The notes below the pieces were generated by a model, which was not told the DNA's origin, ran no database searches, and was given only the letters and a program-made list of their open reading frames with translations. The translations under genes were made by a program, and so were the position numbers. A stretch of DNA of 64,000 nucleotides from Candidatus Hydrogenedentota bacterium (GTDB taxonomy: Bacteria; Hydrogenedentota; Hydrogenedentia; Hydrogenedentales; SLHB01): contig CAXXYE010000009.1 in NCBI GenBank assembly GCA_963674865.2, positions 768,001-832,000 of the forward strand. The letters run 5' to 3'. Each line of letters opens with the position of its first letter. The first letter of the stretch is position 1. Shown in pieces: positions 1 through 9,914 of the stretch.

Positions 1-208
1 GTTGGGAATAGGATAGAGTAACTGTCATAGGATGCCGTTGGTGGTGGGCCATCGGCCCTGGTGTGCTTTTCATGGCTTCTGCTGGCAACGAGTTGCCAAA
101 CTGATTCAGGCGCTTGTCTTCCAGCCGGGCCGCCTAATGGGGAATGTCTTCGTGACGAAGCCAAATCGCCAGGATGACCGCGCCGCAGCGGCCTTGGGGG
201 TAACGGCG

Positions 209-3097
209 ATGCGCGTTGTCGTGGTCGCCTGGATCCTGCTCACGGCGGCGGTATTGGCCGCGCTGTTCTTCGCTCCTCGCAAGCCTCCCGCGCCGCCCAC
301 GTCGGCTATTCGCTATGATCCTCGGCCCCTTCGGCAGGGCGCTGTTCCGGAAATCCCAGAGTCTGATAGCGGCGACGTGTCTCCAGTCCAGCGTGCCGAC
401 GAGGCCGAGGGCGCCTGCCTGGTGTTCGGTATGGTGACGGACGACGAAACGGGTGAGCCGGTGGCCGGGGCACGGGTGGTGTGCCGCCCGGGCATGCGGG
501 CCGAGGCGCAGGCGGCTTTCCGGCCTCAGCCGGAGGCGGCCGAGAACGTAGGCGGCGCGAAGGCGCCGAAACTCTCCCCGGAAGAGGGCGCCGCCCAACT
601 CGCCATCCACGAGGCCCGTACGGATGGGGAAGGCCGCTATGAAATGCGTATTCCTCGCGCCTCTGTGTGTGTCGTAAAGGCCAGTCACGAGGGTTTCCTG
701 CCGGCGGCGGCGGAGTCATTTGCCTTGGCACCGAACCAATCCGAGTTGCGCGTAGACTTCGCGCTCTCGCGTGGAGCGTCCGTGATGGGCCGGGTGGTCG
801 AGGCGGGCAATCGTAGGGGCGCGCCCGGCATCCAGGTGCGGGCCTCCGGCGCGGCAGATGGCGTAGCGAGAACCGGCGAGGACGGCGCCTACATCTTGTC
901 CGGACTCGTTCCGGGAGACTATGCGGTAACGCTGTCTCTCAGGAATACTCCCTATCTCGTGACAGGAGCTGTGCCGATGCAGGCGGTAACCATTTCGACG
1001 CCGGACGAGCGCAAGAGCGGAGTAGATTTTGAGGTCGAAGCCGCAGGCACGATATGGGGGTATGTATGGGGGCAGGATGAACAGCCGGTTCCGCGTGCGG
1101 ATGTCGTGCTTTGCGGTGTCGAGAGCGTGGTCAAGCAGTTCATAAGCACGGTAGTTCGTTCCGCGGAGCCCATCTTAGGCGTATCCGACGACCGTGGCTA
1201 CTACGAACTTGTGGGTGTGCCGCTGGACGAGGAATGGCAGGTGTATGCGGTGGCGGATGATTGGTCGCCGCAGTTGAGCGATCCCTTCTTGGTGACGGGC
1301 GGCCACCGGACAATCCGGGTGGACCTGTTCCTTTCCGCGGGTTCATGCATCCTCGGGCAAGTCATCGATACGGCGGGCGCGGGAATAGCGGATGCGCACG
1401 TTCAGATCCTGCCGGGATACCAGCGGTTTCTTCAGCCGGTGGATCGCCCGTTGGCTTTTCGAGATGTCGAGTCGGATGATCGGGGCGGATTCATCATAGA
1501 GCACGTGCCGGATGGGGAGTCTCAGATCCTGGCACAGCGTCAGGGGTACAAGATAAGTCTCGTGGGCGAGCCCGTCTATCCGGATGGGCAAACCGATGTT
1601 CGCGGGGTGGAGATTGTCCTCATTCCCGTGGAGACGGGAGCGCACGACATCTACGGAACCGTGACGGATCCGCGCGGCCGGCCCGTCGCCGACGCCCGGC
1701 TGTCTCTGGGTGGCCTGGGCGTCGAGACACTGGCCGTCGAGGAGCGTTCGACGACTTCGGGCGTCAACGGCAGCTATGCCTTTCTGGGCATCGACGCGGG
1801 CTACTATGTTCTCACGTGCGCCAAGGAGGGCTATGCGTCGAAGGAGGTCGCCGACGTTCGATTGGACGAGCCGACCGACATCACTCTCGTTCCCAGCGCC
1901 GAGGTGCGGGGCCGGGTGCTGGTGCGTGAGAGTGGGTCGTCGCCTGAGCAATACTCGGTAGCGGCCATTCGACGTGTCGCTGCGCGAGGCGGGGTGGCGG
2001 GCTTCTTGGAGGATATCGAGGGCGCCGAAGACCGCTCGTTTAACGAGGAGGACGGGAGTTTCTCCCTGACGCTGTCGGCGGGTGAGTACACGCTCGAAGC
2101 ACGCGCGCCGGGCTTGACGCCCGGCCGGGCGTCCGTCTCCGTGGGTATGGGCGAAACACGCACAGGGGTGATCGTATATCTTAGCCGCTCCGGAGGGCGC
2201 ATCGAAGGCTGGGTGACGACGGCGGACAACAGGTCCCCGGCCGGGGGTATGGTTTGGCTGGCGCGGGAGGGCGTGCCGGCGCCGTCGATCTTCGGTATGG
2301 ACGCGGCCTATGCAGCGCAGCAGACGGGACTCGGCTCGGATGGGCGGTTCGCGTTCGACCACCTTCCCGCGGACACGTACCGGCTTTACGCGCGGGTCTC
2401 CGGCTATGCTCAAGGCCAGAGCGGCCCCATTGTGGTTGCCGAGAACCGCACCGTCTCCGGGATCGAGATTGTCACGGGGTATGGCGGTGGCCTGCAGGGA
2501 TACGTGTTCATGGACGGCGAACTGAAGTCCGGCGTTATCGTCACCGTGGCGGGCAATGGGTTGAGCGATATGACCTCCACCGACCGCAACGGATTCTATA
2601 CGCTTGAGTCGCTGGCGCCGGGCTCCTACCTGGCGTCAGCCGTCCTGCTCGATACCGCGAATCTGGCGGGCGTGTTTGCTCCGTTGCACGCGCAGGTGGA
2701 GGTCTATGAAGACCGCGTGACGGAGTACAATTTCGGGGAGGAAACGGGCGCGATCATCGCGGGCTACGTGAATCCTTCGCCCGAAACGGGGCAGTTTGCT
2801 TTTGCCGTCGTCCGACTTCCCGGCGCCCCGGAGGATCTGTCGGGACTGAACTTGCATGATCCCGCCAGTTGGCTCGTGAGCGATAACGACCTCGGGCGCT
2901 ATATTGTGGGTATGGCATCTGTTGGCCGCGACGGCAGTTTCCGGGTGCCGAATCTTCCCGAGGGCGATTTCCTGCTCAGCGTCTACGAGATGAGCCTGGG
3001 CGAGGTCCTGTCGGGGACGGTTAGGAATGTCTACGACACGCCGATCCGAGTGACGGGAACCGGGCAGCTTGATATTGACGTTTCGCTGGGGGATTGA
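209..3097 (+). CDS. Membrane-anchored protein with ~9 carboxypeptidase-regulatory-like (Cna-B/Ig-like) repeats
   Basis: ATG at 209 is followed by a hydrophobic helix (MRVVVVAWILLTAAVLAALFF) and a Pro-rich linker, then repeated GxVxD..GxPVxGAxV...T..DGxY/F...L.PGxY units. The ORF track start at 32 is probably too far upstream. Confidence 0.8.
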   Translation: MRVVVVAWILLTAAVLAALFFAPRKPPAPPTSAIRYDPRPLRQGAVPEIPESDSGDVSPVQRADEAEGACLVFGMVTDDETGEPVAGARVVCRPGMRAEAQAAFRPQPEAAENVGGAKAPKLSPEEGAAQLAIHEARTDGEGRYEMRIPRASVCVVKASHEGFLPAAAESFALAPNQSELRVDFALSRGASVMGRVVEAGNRRGAPGIQVRASGAADGVARTGEDGAYILSGLVPGDYAVTLSLRNTPYLVTGAVPMQAVTISTPDERKSGVDFEVEAAGTIWGYVWGQDEQPVPRADVVLCGVESVVKQFISTVVRSAEPILGVSDDRGYYELVGVPLDEEWQVYAVADDWSPQLSDPFLVTGGHRTIRVDLFLSAGSCILGQVIDTAGAGIADAHVQILPGYQRFLQPVDRPLAFRDVESDDRGGFIIEHVPDGESQILAQRQGYKISLVGEPVYPDGQTDVRGVEIVLIPVETGAHDIYGTVTDPRGRPVADARLSLGGLGVETLAVEERSTTSGVNGSYAFLGIDAGYYVLTCAKEGYASKEVADVRLDEPTDITLVPSAEVRGRVLVRESGSSPEQYSVAAIRRVAARGGVAGFLEDIEGAEDRSFNEEDGSFSLTLSAGEYTLEARAPGLTPGRASVSVGMGETRTGVIVYLSRSGGRIEGWVTTADNRSPAGGMVWLAREGVPAPSIFGMDAAYAAQQTGLGSDGRFAFDHLPADTYRLYARVSGYAQGQSGPIVVAENRTVSGIEIVTGYGGGLQGYVFMDGELKSGVIVTVAGNGLSDMTSTDRNGFYTLESLAPGSYLASAVLLDTANLAGVFAPLHAQVEVYEDRVTEYNFGEETGAIIAGYVNPSPETGQFAFAVVRLPGAPEDLSGLNLHDPASWLVSDNDLGRYIVGMASVGRDGSFRVPNLPEGDFLLSVYEMSLGEVLSGTVRNVYDTPIRVTGTGQLDIDVSLGD

Positions 3098-3155
3098 CGT
3101 TGTGGGCACATCTGATATATCACCATGTTGATTCGGTGAGAAACCGGGGGTACGG

Positions 3156-4127
3156 ATGGCTTTAGTCGAGATTGAGGATGTTGCGGTTTCCTACGGCCGC
3201 ATCACAGCGCTCAACGGCGTTTCCTGCTCGATTGATTCGGGCGCCGTGGGCCTGCTCGGGCCCAACGGCGCGGGAAAAAGCACCCTTCTTAAGACGCTCC
3301 TCGGATTCGTGAGGGCCGAGCGCGGCGTTGTATCGATGTTCGGAGCGCAGATGCCCAAGGCCGCGCTTCAGGTGCGCGCACGTCTCGGCTACATGCCCGA
3401 GCGCGAGATCGTCGCGCCCAGGTTGAGCGCCGTCTCGTTCCTTGCGCTCTGCGGGTGTCTCCATGGAATGACGCGCGCCGACGCCATGGAGCGGGCCCAC
3501 GAGGTGCTCAACTACGTTGGGATGGGCGAAAACCGCTATCGCAAGACGGAAACGTATTCCACCGGGATGTGCCAGCGGATGAAGTTCGCCCAGGCGCTGA
3601 TCCACGATCCCAAGCTTCTGCTCCTCGATGAGCCGACGAATGGGCTGGATCCCGAGGGGCGGGTCGAGATGCTCGATCTGATCAAGGAGCTTGCCGTCAA
3701 GCGCCAGGTGACGACGATCCTCTCGTCGCATCTCCTCAATGACATCGAGTACGTTTGTGATCGTGTCGTGGTGCTCAACCAAGGCAGCGTGGTGCGCGAC
3801 AGCACGATGGCCGACCTGACCCGGCTTCGGGACGGCGTGGTGGAACTGCGAGTCCGGGATCACAAAGAGGACTTTCGGGCGGCAGTCGAGGCCGCGGGAT
3901 GTGCTTGGCACGATCAGTACGATGGCAATGTGCTCGTGGTGAAGCCGGAGCGCGTCACGATACGCTCGCTCTTCGAGATCGCGCACGCCCAGGGCACCCA
4001 GATTCGCTATCTTCAGCCTGTGCGCCAGCGGCTCGAGGAGGCCTTTATGGAGGCGATTCGGTGCGCCCCGGTCGCGGGGGAAGGCGCGCCCGGCAGCGAG
4101 AAGGGGGATAGCCGTGCCGATCTATGA
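3156..4127 (+). CDS. ABC transporter ATP-binding protein (ABC-2/exporter type)
   Basis: Walker A GPNGAGKS, signature YSTGM, Walker B LLLDEP, H-loop SSHLL. Confidence 0.95.
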   Translation: MALVEIEDVAVSYGRITALNGVSCSIDSGAVGLLGPNGAGKSTLLKTLLGFVRAERGVVSMFGAQMPKAALQVRARLGYMPEREIVAPRLSAVSFLALCGCLHGMTRADAMERAHEVLNYVGMGENRYRKTETYSTGMCQRMKFAQALIHDPKLLLLDEPTNGLDPEGRVEMLDLIKELAVKRQVTTILSSHLLNDIEYVCDRVVVLNQGSVVRDSTMADLTRLRDGVVELRVRDHKEDFRAAVEAAGCAWHDQYDGNVLVVKPERVTIRSLFEIAHAQGTQIRYLQPVRQRLEEAFMEAIRCAPVAGEGAPGSEKGDSRADL

Positions 4128-4989
4128 TCAGTCGTACCGGACTTACGAGGGCGCCGTTCATCCGGGCCGCGGATGGTGGAGTATGGTGCGGCAGGAGCTT
4201 CGCGCCCTGACGTCCAACCGCACGTTTGTCGTTCTGGCGATTGGGGCCGGCCTGCACATCGCCTTTCGGTTTCTTCAGGTAGTGGTTTTCGATATCGCCG
4301 CCACGAAGGCCTCCCTGGCGTTCATCATGGTTCTCCGGGAGTTCACGGCATTTCACGTGGGGCCGCGGCTGTTCATGGATTTTCTCCGCGGCCAGGGGCC
4401 GATTGTGTTCCTGATGTCGATTATCGCAGGCGCAGGAATGATATGTGATGATTTCCGCAATAACCTCATGGAGGTCTACTTCTCCAAGCCCCTCACCTGG
4501 CGGGGCTACGTGCTCGGGCGGGTGACGGCTCTCGTGTTGGTGGGGCTCGCCCTGACGGCGGCTCCGGGGGTGCTGCTTGTCGTGGTACACAACCTACTCG
4601 CACCGGGATGGGAGACGCTTTCCAGCACCTACTGGTGGCCGCTGTCAATTGTGCTGTTTTCTTGCGTGATCGTGTTGCCGTGCGTTTTCGGCGTGCTGGC
4701 GAGTTCCGCGCTCTTCAGCAGCCGGCGCTATGCCTCGATTGCGGTGTTCATGGTGCTATTTGCCAATTTGATGTGCGGCTCGATCTTGCCGGAACTCCTT
4801 CGGCGGCCGAACCTGCATATCGTGGCCTTGCCGCTGGCCATCAACTGCCTTGGCGAGCAGCTCTTCCCGACGCGTGCGGCGGCCATCACGCTCCCATGGG
4901 GATGGTCGGCGCTGTATGTCGGCATGGTATGCGCCGGCGCGCTGGCCATCATCTGTTGGCGGGTGCGGCGCGCGGAGGTAGCCGCATGA
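4114..4989 (+). CDS. ABC-2 type permease
   Basis: About 6 hydrophobic helices; overlaps the flanking ATPases; contains the D.R.N.MEVYFSKPL....YVLGR permease motif. Confidence 0.85.
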   Translation: MPIYDQSYRTYEGAVHPGRGWWSMVRQELRALTSNRTFVVLAIGAGLHIAFRFLQVVVFDIAATKASLAFIMVLREFTAFHVGPRLFMDFLRGQGPIVFLMSIIAGAGMICDDFRNNLMEVYFSKPLTWRGYVLGRVTALVLVGLALTAAPGVLLVVVHNLLAPGWETLSSTYWWPLSIVLFSCVIVLPCVFGVLASSALFSSRRYASIAVFMVLFANLMCGSILPELLRRPNLHIVALPLAINCLGEQLFPTRAAAITLPWGWSALYVGMVCAGALAIICWRVRRAEVAA

Positions 4990-5909
4990 CGGAAGCGGCC
5001 ATTGAAGTGCGGAGCCTGTCTAAGTGGTTTGGCGAGGTTGTGGCCATCAACAATCTTGACCTCGGGATTGGGCCGGGGGTGACTGGGTTGTTGGGGCCGA
5101 ACGGTGCGGGCAAGACTACCTTCATCAAGGTTGCTCTCGGCCTCTACCGGCCTAGTCGTGGCAGCGTCCGCGTCTTCGGTGAAGCGCCCCGGGGCAACCT
5201 CGACTTGGCCAGGCGGGTGGCCTATTGCCCTGAAAGCGATCGCTTCTACGACAACATGACGGGCTATGAGTTCATCTTCTGGATGAACCGCTACGCCGGT
5301 ATGGACGCCGCCGCGGCGAGGAAGTCGGCCGAGGACGCCTGCGCCCGGATGCATATGAGCGGCCGGATGCACGATCTCATCGCTACCTACAGCCGCGGTA
5401 TGCGGCAGCGCATCAACCTGGCCCAGGCGCTGTCCCGTCCCTGTGACTTGCTATTCCTGGACGAGCCGCTTGCGGGACTCGATCCCGAGGGACGCGAGGA
5501 GATGTTCGCCTTGATCCGCACGCTCGGAAGCGAAGGCCGAACCGTGGTCGTGTCCAGCCATATTCTTTACGAAATCGAGCGGGTGACAAACTCGATGGTG
5601 CTCTTGCACAAGGGCCGTATCGTGGCCACGGGCGAAGTGCGCCATATCCGGGATCTCATTGACGGCCACCCGCACGCGGTTACCATCGAATGCCGCCAGG
5701 CCCGGACAATCGCGGAGCACTTCGTTCACGACGAAGCCACGCTCGGGATCGAGTTTCTCCCGAAAGCGGTGACTATACGCACGAGCGCCCCGAATGCGTT
5801 CTACAAGAAGCTGAACGGCCTGGTGATTGATGAGGGACTGGACGTCGAGAGCGTGCGCTGTCCAGACGACAACCTGCAGGCGGTGTTCGATTACCTGGTG
5901 ACAAAGTGA
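4986..5909 (+). CDS. ABC transporter ATP-binding protein
   Basis: ATGA overlap with the upstream stop; GPNGAGKT, YSRGMRQR, LFLDEP, SSHIL. Confidence 0.95.
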   Translation: MTEAAIEVRSLSKWFGEVVAINNLDLGIGPGVTGLLGPNGAGKTTFIKVALGLYRPSRGSVRVFGEAPRGNLDLARRVAYCPESDRFYDNMTGYEFIFWMNRYAGMDAAAARKSAEDACARMHMSGRMHDLIATYSRGMRQRINLAQALSRPCDLLFLDEPLAGLDPEGREEMFALIRTLGSEGRTVVVSSHILYEIERVTNSMVLLHKGRIVATGEVRHIRDLIDGHPHAVTIECRQARTIAEHFVHDEATLGIEFLPKAVTIRTSAPNAFYKKLNGLVIDEGLDVESVRCPDDNLQAVFDYLVTK

Positions 5910-6778
5910 AAGCGATAGTGAGCGAAGACATTACAGTCGAAGGGCATCACAAAGTGAGGGACTTTGTCCGTTGTCTTGGGGCGAGTTGCAGTCACGCCCT
6001 GGTGCTCAGCCTTCGGCGGCGGCGCACCATTCTGGCCGCGGGCGTGGCGTTGACGCCCGCCCTCATACCGGTGCTCATGGCTTTCTGGTCGAGTGGGCCC
6101 TTTGCCCAGAACGGCTTCCGAGTCTTTGTGATACTTATGGAGATGGTTTATCTCCGCGCCATGGCCCCCCTCATGGCGTTGTTCTTCGCCTGTATGCTGA
6201 TCGGCGAAGAGGTGGAATCGCAGACTATCCACTATGTGCTCACGCGGCCTGTACCGCGCCTGGCGTGGGTTTCCGGCAAGTTCCTCGGCTATCTTGTGGC
6301 AGGGACGCTGGTTTTGTTGCCCTCGGCGGCCCTTACCTTCGCCGGTTGTCTTGCGCTCGGCTCGTTCCCGGTTTCCTGGGCGAGCATAATCCTTTGGCTC
6401 CACTACAGCGGCGTGCTGGTGATGGCGCTTCTCGGCTATGGGGCCTTTTGCATGTTCCTGGGGGCGGTGGTCCGCAAGCCCGTGGTGATTGGGATTGTGG
6501 TGTTTTTCGGGTGGCAGCGGGCCGCGATGCTTGCGCCGGGTGTCGTTGACTTTCTTACCATCGAGAAGTACCTCGCCGCCCTTCTGCCCAAGCTAGCGGC
6601 GGAGCGCCGTGATCCGGTGATAAGTGCCATACTCTCTACTCACCAGAAGCGGGAGATTCTCGTTGGCGCATTCAAGGCAGGTATGGCCTTGCTCATCATT
6701 GCGGCGGCTCTTGTCGCACTAACGGCGTTGGTGGTCCGCGTCCGGGAGTACCGCACCGAGCGCTCCGTCAAGGGTTGA
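5906..6778 (+). CDS. ABC-2 type permease
   Basis: Multiple TM helices; EEVESQTIHYVLTRPVPR....GKF motif; GTGA overlap with the ATPase stop. Confidence 0.85.
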   Translation: MKAIVSEDITVEGHHKVRDFVRCLGASCSHALVLSLRRRRTILAAGVALTPALIPVLMAFWSSGPFAQNGFRVFVILMEMVYLRAMAPLMALFFACMLIGEEVESQTIHYVLTRPVPRLAWVSGKFLGYLVAGTLVLLPSAALTFAGCLALGSFPVSWASIILWLHYSGVLVMALLGYGAFCMFLGAVVRKPVVIGIVVFFGWQRAAMLAPGVVDFLTIEKYLAALLPKLAAERRDPVISAILSTHQKREILVGAFKAGMALLIIAAALVALTALVVRVREYRTERSVKG

Positions 6779-6799
6779 GCCACCGGGCCGGGCACTGCG

Positions 6800-6826
6800 T
6801 TAGCACTCGATTGACGAAGCGGCTAA
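6800..6826 (+). promoter_or_regulatory. CIRCE-like element (HrcA operator), right arm degenerate
   Basis: TTAGCACTC-N9-AGCGGCTAA versus consensus TTAGCACTC-N9-GAGTGCTAA. Left arm is perfect, right arm matches 5/9; lies upstream of groES. Confidence 0.6.
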
Positions 6827-6985
6827 CATTGTGCCATTTTGGCACTGGAAATGCCCCTAATTGCCCAGTTTTCTGCAATCGTTCCTGCCAATTGGGCAAT
6901 TCCCCATCCTCGCCGAAATGCCTAGAACGAGCCCATGTATCTTCTAAATACTTGCATACCAGCAGTTAGGAAATATGTTGCTTGG

Positions 6986-7003
6986 CTGGCACGTCGGTTG
7001 CTA
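6986..7003 (+). promoter_or_regulatory. Sigma54 (-24/-12) promoter for groES-groEL
   Basis: CTGGCACGTCGGTTGCTA matches TGGCACG-N4-TTGCW exactly. Confidence 0.7.
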
Positions 7004-7146
7004 TACTATGGGCGGCTGCGCCATGAGAGGAGTATGCTCTATCTTCCTCTTTGGGCGCGATAAGTGCCAAAATGGCTGACGTGGACGGTTTTTATTGTCA
7101 GCTTGCGCAATGGACACCATTAACGATGAACAAGGGAGGAAAAGTA

Positions 7147-7434
7147 ATGAAGGTACGGCCGCTTGCAGATCGTATTCTCGTAAAACGCGAGGAGGCCAGT
7201 GAGACAGTCCGGGGCGGCATTATCATCCCGGATACGGCCAAAGAGAAACCTCAAGAGGGCAAAGTGGTCGCGGTAGGCCCGGGCCGTTTGGACGACCAGG
7301 GGAAGCGCGTCGCCATGGAAGTGAAGAAGGGCGACCGCATTCTGATGGGCAAATACGCGGGCACGGAAGTGAAGATCGACAGCGAAGAGCACCTCATCCT
7401 TCGCGAAGACGACGTTCTGGCGATCATCGAGTAA
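7147..7434 (+). CDS. groES: Co-chaperonin GroES
   Basis: [14 protein letters not shown]...[23 protein letters not shown] just upstream of ATG 7147. Confidence 0.98.
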   Translation: MKVRPLADRILVKREEASETVRGGIIIPDTAKEKPQEGKVVAVGPGRLDDQGKRVAMEVKKGDRILMGKYAGTEVKIDSEEHLILREDDVLAIIE

Positions 7435-7479
7435 TTCCTTCACGGCGTTTAGTTGAAGGTGATGATATCGAAGTCTTGA

Positions 7480-9138
<1,659 letters not shown>

Positions 9139-9174
9139 GGACTGGTTCGCGGCACGGCCGCGTCAGTTCAAATA

Positions 9175-9216
9175 AAAGCCGCCTGCGACGCTAAGTAGTT
9201 CGTCGCAGGCGGCTTT
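9175..9216. terminator. Bidirectional intrinsic terminator between groEL and the convergent microprotein gene
   Basis: AAAGCCGCCTGCGACG-N10-CGTCGCAGGCGGCTTT is a perfect 16-bp inverted repeat with A and T tails. Confidence 0.9.
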
Positions 9217-9263
9217 CTTGCTTGATGGAACGGACTGAAGTCCGGCTTGCCGCGGGGCGATGG

Positions 9264-9443
9264 TTAAGTGCGGCCCGCCACGGCCGCCTTGGCGTGCAGC
9301 ATGCGGATCTCATTGAAGGCTTTGTGGGCGCACTTCGGGCAGTATCCGTGGCTCACATCCTGGCCCGCATGGCTGTGGTCGTCCTTCTTGACCCAGCGCC
9401 CGTCGGCGCGCATGCGCCCGCATACACAACACTGAATGACCAT
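9264..9443 (-). CDS. 59-aa stand-alone zinc-finger microprotein (CxxC...W...SHGxCPxC); below the ORF-track cutoff
   Basis: Manual translation: MVIQCCVCGRMRADGRWVKKDDHSHAGQDVSHGYCPKCAHKAFNEIRMLHAKAAVAGRT*. GAGG SD and sigma54 motif upstream, terminator downstream. Confidence 0.8.
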   Translation of the reverse strand: MVIQCCVCGRMRADGRWVKKDDHSHAGQDVSHGYCPKCAHKAFNEIRMLHAKAAVAGRT

Positions 9444-9487
9444 CCTCGCCTCGCTTTCTAGACGACTTTATCGACTTACCGCCAAAC

Positions 9488-9504
9488 CGCATTTCGCGTG
9501 CCAA
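9488..9504 (-). promoter_or_regulatory. Sigma54 (-24/-12) promoter for the zinc-finger microprotein
   Basis: Minus strand reads TTGGCACGCGAAATGCG: TGGCACG with GG and GC at canonical spacing, about 45 nt upstream of the ATG. Confidence 0.6.
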
Positions 9505-9563
9505 GCGGCCGCCGCGGTAGCGGGAAACTTGCTCAAGTCATTGGGAATAAATAAACTATCCGT

Positions 9564-9700
9564 AACCTGGGAGACATGGAAGACATACGACTGCGGCTCG
9601 CGGTCACCCCTTTTCGGCAGAAACTGCCGACTCTGGTGGGACGTTCCTACCAGAACAGCCGCCCGACGTGTCGTACACTCCGAACCCCAAGCTGTTGGGT
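9564..9700 (-). ncRNA. Candidate structured non-coding RNA, family not recognised
   Basis: 5' and 3' ends pair in nested helices containing 7 G-U pairs that form only on the minus strand. A multibranch junction carries two hairpins. A sigma70 promoter lies immediately upstream. Confidence 0.6.
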
Positions 9701-9704
9701 AGGG

Positions 9705-9733
9705 ACTCTACCGCAAGTTGCATATATTGTCAA
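9705..9733 (-). promoter_or_regulatory. Sigma70-type promoter driving the candidate ncRNA
   Basis: Minus strand TTGACA-N17-TAGAGT. Confidence 0.7.
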
Positions 9734-9914
9734 GCGTATGTAAGCTCGCACGTCTAGTTCTATGGCCGGCAAGGCGCTCATGGGACATCTGGCAGCCGCT
9801 CCGTCAATCCAGGTATGCTCAGACTGGCCATGTCATGCGCGTTGTGCGCAGTCTTAGTTTCGAGGACGTTCAAACGACGCTGCCGCGAGGAAATGTGGCT
9901 AATCATGCCGGCAA

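Noticed and set aside
7061..7070. Second CIRCE half-site (AAGTGCCAA) in the groES leader
   Set aside because: No matching left arm at the required 9-nt spacing.
9564..9700. Assignment of the structured RNA as tRNA, SRP, 6S, or a cobalamin/c-di-GMP/ZTP riboswitch
   Set aside because: No T-loop or anticodon arm, no SRP helix-8 motif, no large central bubble and no conserved riboswitch cores visible by eye. An Rfam search is still needed.
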